A stretch of 64,000 bases of DNA. Origin: Rhizodiscina lignyota. Taxonomy: Eukaryota. The first letter of the stretch is position 1. Each line of letters begins with the position of its first letter. Shown in pieces: positions 60,324-64,000 of this stretch. Below the pieces are notes generated by a model, which worked only from the letters and a program-made list of their open reading frames with translations, was not told the origin of the DNA and ran no database searches. The DNA lies in assembly GCA_010015805.1 (NCBI GenBank), contig ML978132.1, positions 744,001 to 808,000 on the forward strand, in the 5' to 3' direction. The translations under genes were made by a program, and so were the position numbers.

Positions 60324-60800
60324 GTAAACGCCCACCAATAGTGCCGTTGCAGATTGCCTAATTGCGAATGTGACAGATAGGCTATAAGCACTACATCTCT
60401 AGTACAGATGAAATACTCGATCGGAGATGATGACTGGGAAAACGGGGTATGAGTGATGAGTTATGGTCCACAAGAAAATGGGTGATTCCACAGAAAAATA
60501 CTTCGATTACGTCTTTCATGAGACGTCTTAGGGATTTCCTTGATCCACATAGAAGTAGTGCCCAGTACATGTCAATAATCGGAAATTTGCGTTCTGGATC
60601 ATCTGTGACATGCCAACTGTGAATGGAATCGAAAATGAACTGTGTTGTCATCGAAAAGGTTCCCACGTCAACGCGCTCTGATTGGCCCATTCTCACCCAT
60701 CGAACCTCTCCACCATAACTCCGCACAAGCTCCATCCAACTCCGTAAAGCGCTCCAACCCACCCTCCACCCCGATATACCTCTCTCCAACCTCGCCGACC

Positions 60801-62298
60801 ATGCTATCCGGTATCCTCATCTTCAACCAAAAGGGCGAGAACCTCATCTTCCGCGCGTTCCGGCAAGACTGCCGCCCACGCCTCGCAGACATCTTCCGCA
60901 TCCAAGTCATCTCGAACGCACAAGTGCGCTCGCCCATCCTCACCCTGGGTAGCACCACCTTCAGTCATGTAAAACACGAGAATATATATCTAGTGGCGGT
61001 GACGAAGAGCAATGCGAACGCGGCGCTGGTGTTTGAGTTCCTGTACCGGCTGGTGGGGCTAGGGAAGGGATATTTTGGCAAGTTTGACGAGGAGGCGGTG
61101 AAGAGTAATTTTGTGCTGGTTTATGAGCTTTTAGATGGTATGTGCATCCATTTCTGGGTGATTGGGGAGGGAAGGTCGGGAATACATGGGCAAAGAACCC
61201 TAACGAAGAGACAGAGATTCTGGACTTTGGATACCCTCAGAACTCGGACGTCGATACGTTGAAGATGTACATCACGACAGAGGGCGTCAAGTCTGAGCGC
61301 GCAATGGTGAGTTTAAACTAACTGGAAGCTTTTGAGAGCGTGCTAACTGCTATGTACAGGAGGACTCATCCAAGATCACAATGCAAGCGACCGGTGCGCT
61401 CTCCTGGCGTAGAGCAGACATCAAGTACCGCAAGAACGAAGCCTTCGTCGACGTCATTGAGGACGTCAACCTCCTCATGTCCGCTACGGGAACCGTCCTT
61501 CGCGCCGATGTCAACGGCCAGATCGTCATGCGAGCCTACCTCTCCGGCACACCCGAGTGCAAGTTCGGCCTGAACGATCGTCTGACTCTGGGAGAAGATA
61601 CAGTGGCGCCGGCAGGCAACCAGCGGGGTCAGAAGGCGACAAGGGCAGCGGCGGGCAGTGTCGAGCTGGAGGACTGCCAGTTCCATCAATGCGTCAAGCT
61701 GGGAAAGTTCGATGCGGATAGGATCATAAGCTTTGTCCCGCCGGATGGAGAGTTCGAGCTCATGCGCTACCGCGCGACGGAGAACGTCAACTTGCCGTTC
61801 AAAGTACATGCGATTGTCAATGAAATCGGCAAGACGAAAGTCGAATACAGTATCGCGGTTAGGGCGAACTACGGCAGCAAGCTGTTTGCCACGAACGTCG
61901 TAATACGCATTCCTACACCTTTGAATACTGCGAGGATAACGGAGCGCACGAGCCAGGGCAAGGCGAAGTACGAGCCGGAGCACAACAATATCGTGTGGAA
62001 GATTGCGCGCTTCACGGGCCAGTCAGAATATGTGCTGAGCGCAGAGGCGGCGTTGACGAGCATGACGAATCAGAAGGCATGGAGTCGGCCGCCGTTGAAT
62101 TTGAGCTTTAGCCTGCTCATGTTCACGAGTTCGGGTCTGCTGGTGAGGTACCTGAAGGTGTTTGAGAAGAATAATTATAGCTCGGTCAAGTGGGTAAGGT
62201 ATATGACGAGGGCGGGGAATTATGAGATTCGGTATGTTGAAATGTTTCCTATTTTTTATGCGGATACAACTTTACTAAACTAGTCTCTCAGGTTTTAG
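60801..62298 (+). CDS. APM4: AP-2 adaptor complex subunit mu
   Basis: Four exons. Contains MLSGILIFNQKGENLIFRAFR, NFVLVYELLDEILDFGYPQ, TMQATGALSWRR, YLSGTPECKFGLND, SFVPPDGEFELM and KWVRYMTRAGNYEIRF. Confidence 0.96.
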
Positions 62299-62856
62299 CA
62301 ACCGTCTCAGGGATTGCAATTGATGGGATGTTTATATTGCTTGGCCATAAGAATTCGAGTTACGAGGATGCATAGCGTTGGAGTTGAGGCAATTTGGTAA
62401 TTTTGGGACATGTCATACCCGCTGTCAAGGCATCCGAATTCCAGGACGTTCCAGGTGTCCTGTTCTTGCTCAATTGTTGCCATTTCGTGAAGATCGTACC
62501 AATTGCGTCGCGTCCTTCGAATTTCGACCCCTTTCATGGACCCCAAACCTGGAGATCTGCACCCCACAGGCGTTCTAGAAAATTCGAATCGATCGACACG
62601 GGAGTCATAGTGTTTTAGGTTACGTATGTGCATTTCAGCTTTTCGATACTTCATGTGGAGTCGTCTTACGCTGACGCTTTCACGTGCGTAAAGGTGTTTC
62701 GATTGGCTGCTGTTCCTTGCACCCTTGCTACCTATAAATAAGCTCGATCCCCGCTCACCAGGCTCCAGCATTCAACAACCTTCAACATAAATCTCCCAGA
62801 AGGGTTTCAAATTGAACAAGAGATTCACAAATTCCTTGAAACTACAAAAAACGAAA

Positions 62857-63978
62857 ATGGCATCCGCAAGTGCTACCTTCACCTTCTCCACTCCAAGAGA
62901 ACACGCTGCGATGATTCGAGCCCAAGCTAGGCAGCAGCGCCAACTCGCTGCTGCGGAGCGAGTGCAAGCCGCTCAAGAAAGAGTGCGGGAGGCTGTCGCT
63001 GCGTCCACTGCAAGAGCGGAGGAGCAGCGTCAACGCGTCCAGGAGCAGAGACAGACAGCGCAGGAGAGAGCTGAACAGCACAGGCAGAGGGTCCAAGTGA
63101 GAGCTCAAGAGCACAGGCAAAGGGCTCAAGAGCATAGGCAAAGAGCTCAGGAGAGAGCTCAGCATGCCAGGGAGAGCGCGAGGGCTTCTGCGACGGGTGG
63201 ATATAGCGTGAATATTAACAGCAACGGCAATTCCTGGTACGTATTTTGAAAGGAAGCAGTTGAATTGTAGCTTACTGCTTCTTGCAGGGTTGTTCGCAAC
63301 GAGTCTCGCGATGCGAATGGAAACCATCATGTGAGCGAGCGGGCATACTCTACGGGTGGCCCGGCTGTCGCAAGAGCCACTGCCAGTGCTGGACAATCTG
63401 CGGAGACGACAGCACCGGACCCGCCAGTGGACGCACCAGTTGAACATATCGATGAGGGCAAAGAAAATGTTGGAAAGTCTGAGGAGACTGCAGCTCCGGA
63501 TCCGCCAGTGGACGCACCAGTCGAGCACGTCGAAGCGGAGGACGCGAGTATTGCTGATTCAGTCGTCTCCGCGCCAAGCACGACAACTCTCTATCGCTCA
63601 CCGACGATCGTCTCTGTACCCGGTACTCCAACATTCGACGATGATGATTGGGTCATGGCGGATGCCGCATCGTCCAGACCAAGCTCGCCGTCTATCGTAC
63701 CTTCTGAAACACTTGCGGGAGATGAGGTCGATGAGGTGTTAGCGCCTGAACCGGTGCCAGCGTCTTCAAATGATGCCCCAGCTGAAGACAGTGCTGCTGC
63801 TCCGCAGGATGTTCCTCATTCTTCTGGCTCCTACAGCGTTAGTTCCAATGTGAATGGCCGTGAAGTGCGTTTCCAAGGTTCCTCAGGTGACGGAAGAGCA
63901 AGCGTCTCTGTCAATGCGGACTCGAGCGGTCGCGTGAAGTACATCGTCAATGGTCAAGAGGTTGATGTTGATGGTTAA
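62857..63978 (+). CDS. Hypothetical repeat-containing protein (~356 aa): R/Q/E/A coiled coil, acidic P/S-rich linker, short beta-rich C-terminus
   Basis: TATAAATA near 62733, AAAATGG start, exons 62857-63236 and 63288-63978 joined in frame by GTACGT..CAG. Confidence 0.78.
63100..63535 (+). repeat. Coding repeats: 21-nt RAQEHRQ units (63100-63160) and an 81-nt duplication ETTAPDPPVDAPVEH (63403 and 63484)
   Basis: agagctcaagagcacaggcaa / agggctcaagagcataggcaa; ccgccagtggacgcaccagt occurs twice, 81 nt apart. Confidence 0.85.
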
Positions 63979-64000
63979 GGAGTAATTGAGACGGATCTGG

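Noticed and set aside
60321..60341. Stop-codon read-through as the route to an MDH PTS1
   Set aside because: TAG GTA is not the TGA CTA read-through context, and the extension VNAHQ* is not a PTS1. Alternative splicing explains the signal better.

Overview
Gene-dense chromosomal DNA from a filamentous ascomycete (short GT-AG introns with CTRAY branch sites; Dothideomycete-like, which is inference). About 22 protein-coding genes can be assembled by hand. Housekeeping genes: RPT2 (partial), UBC1, RPF1, GRS1, GCN2, a Cut12-domain gene, CDC34, TRS33, PNP1, FCF2, HapE/HAP5, malate dehydrogenase and AP-2 mu. Accessory or poorly characterised genes: a ~1670-aa orphan coiled-coil protein, a secreted GDSL/CE16 esterase, an HSL-family esterase ending in SRL, an EthD protein, a CRIB protein, a MUG113/T5orf172 protein, a NACHT-ankyrin NLR, an AIG2-like cyclotransferase and two orphans. 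The most notable signals not visible in the ORF track are: (1) an intron overlapping the MDH stop codon whose two tandem acceptors give ...PPK* or ...PPKL*, a candidate cryptic peroxisomal-targeting switch; (2) a box C/D snoRNA (snR63/U46-like) inside a stop-free, 3n-length intron of FCF2; (3) a single-base frameshift splitting the N-terminal domain of an otherwise intact NLR. No tRNA, rRNA, CRISPR array or intact transposon was recognised. All calls come from reading the sequence and recalling protein families; no searches were run.
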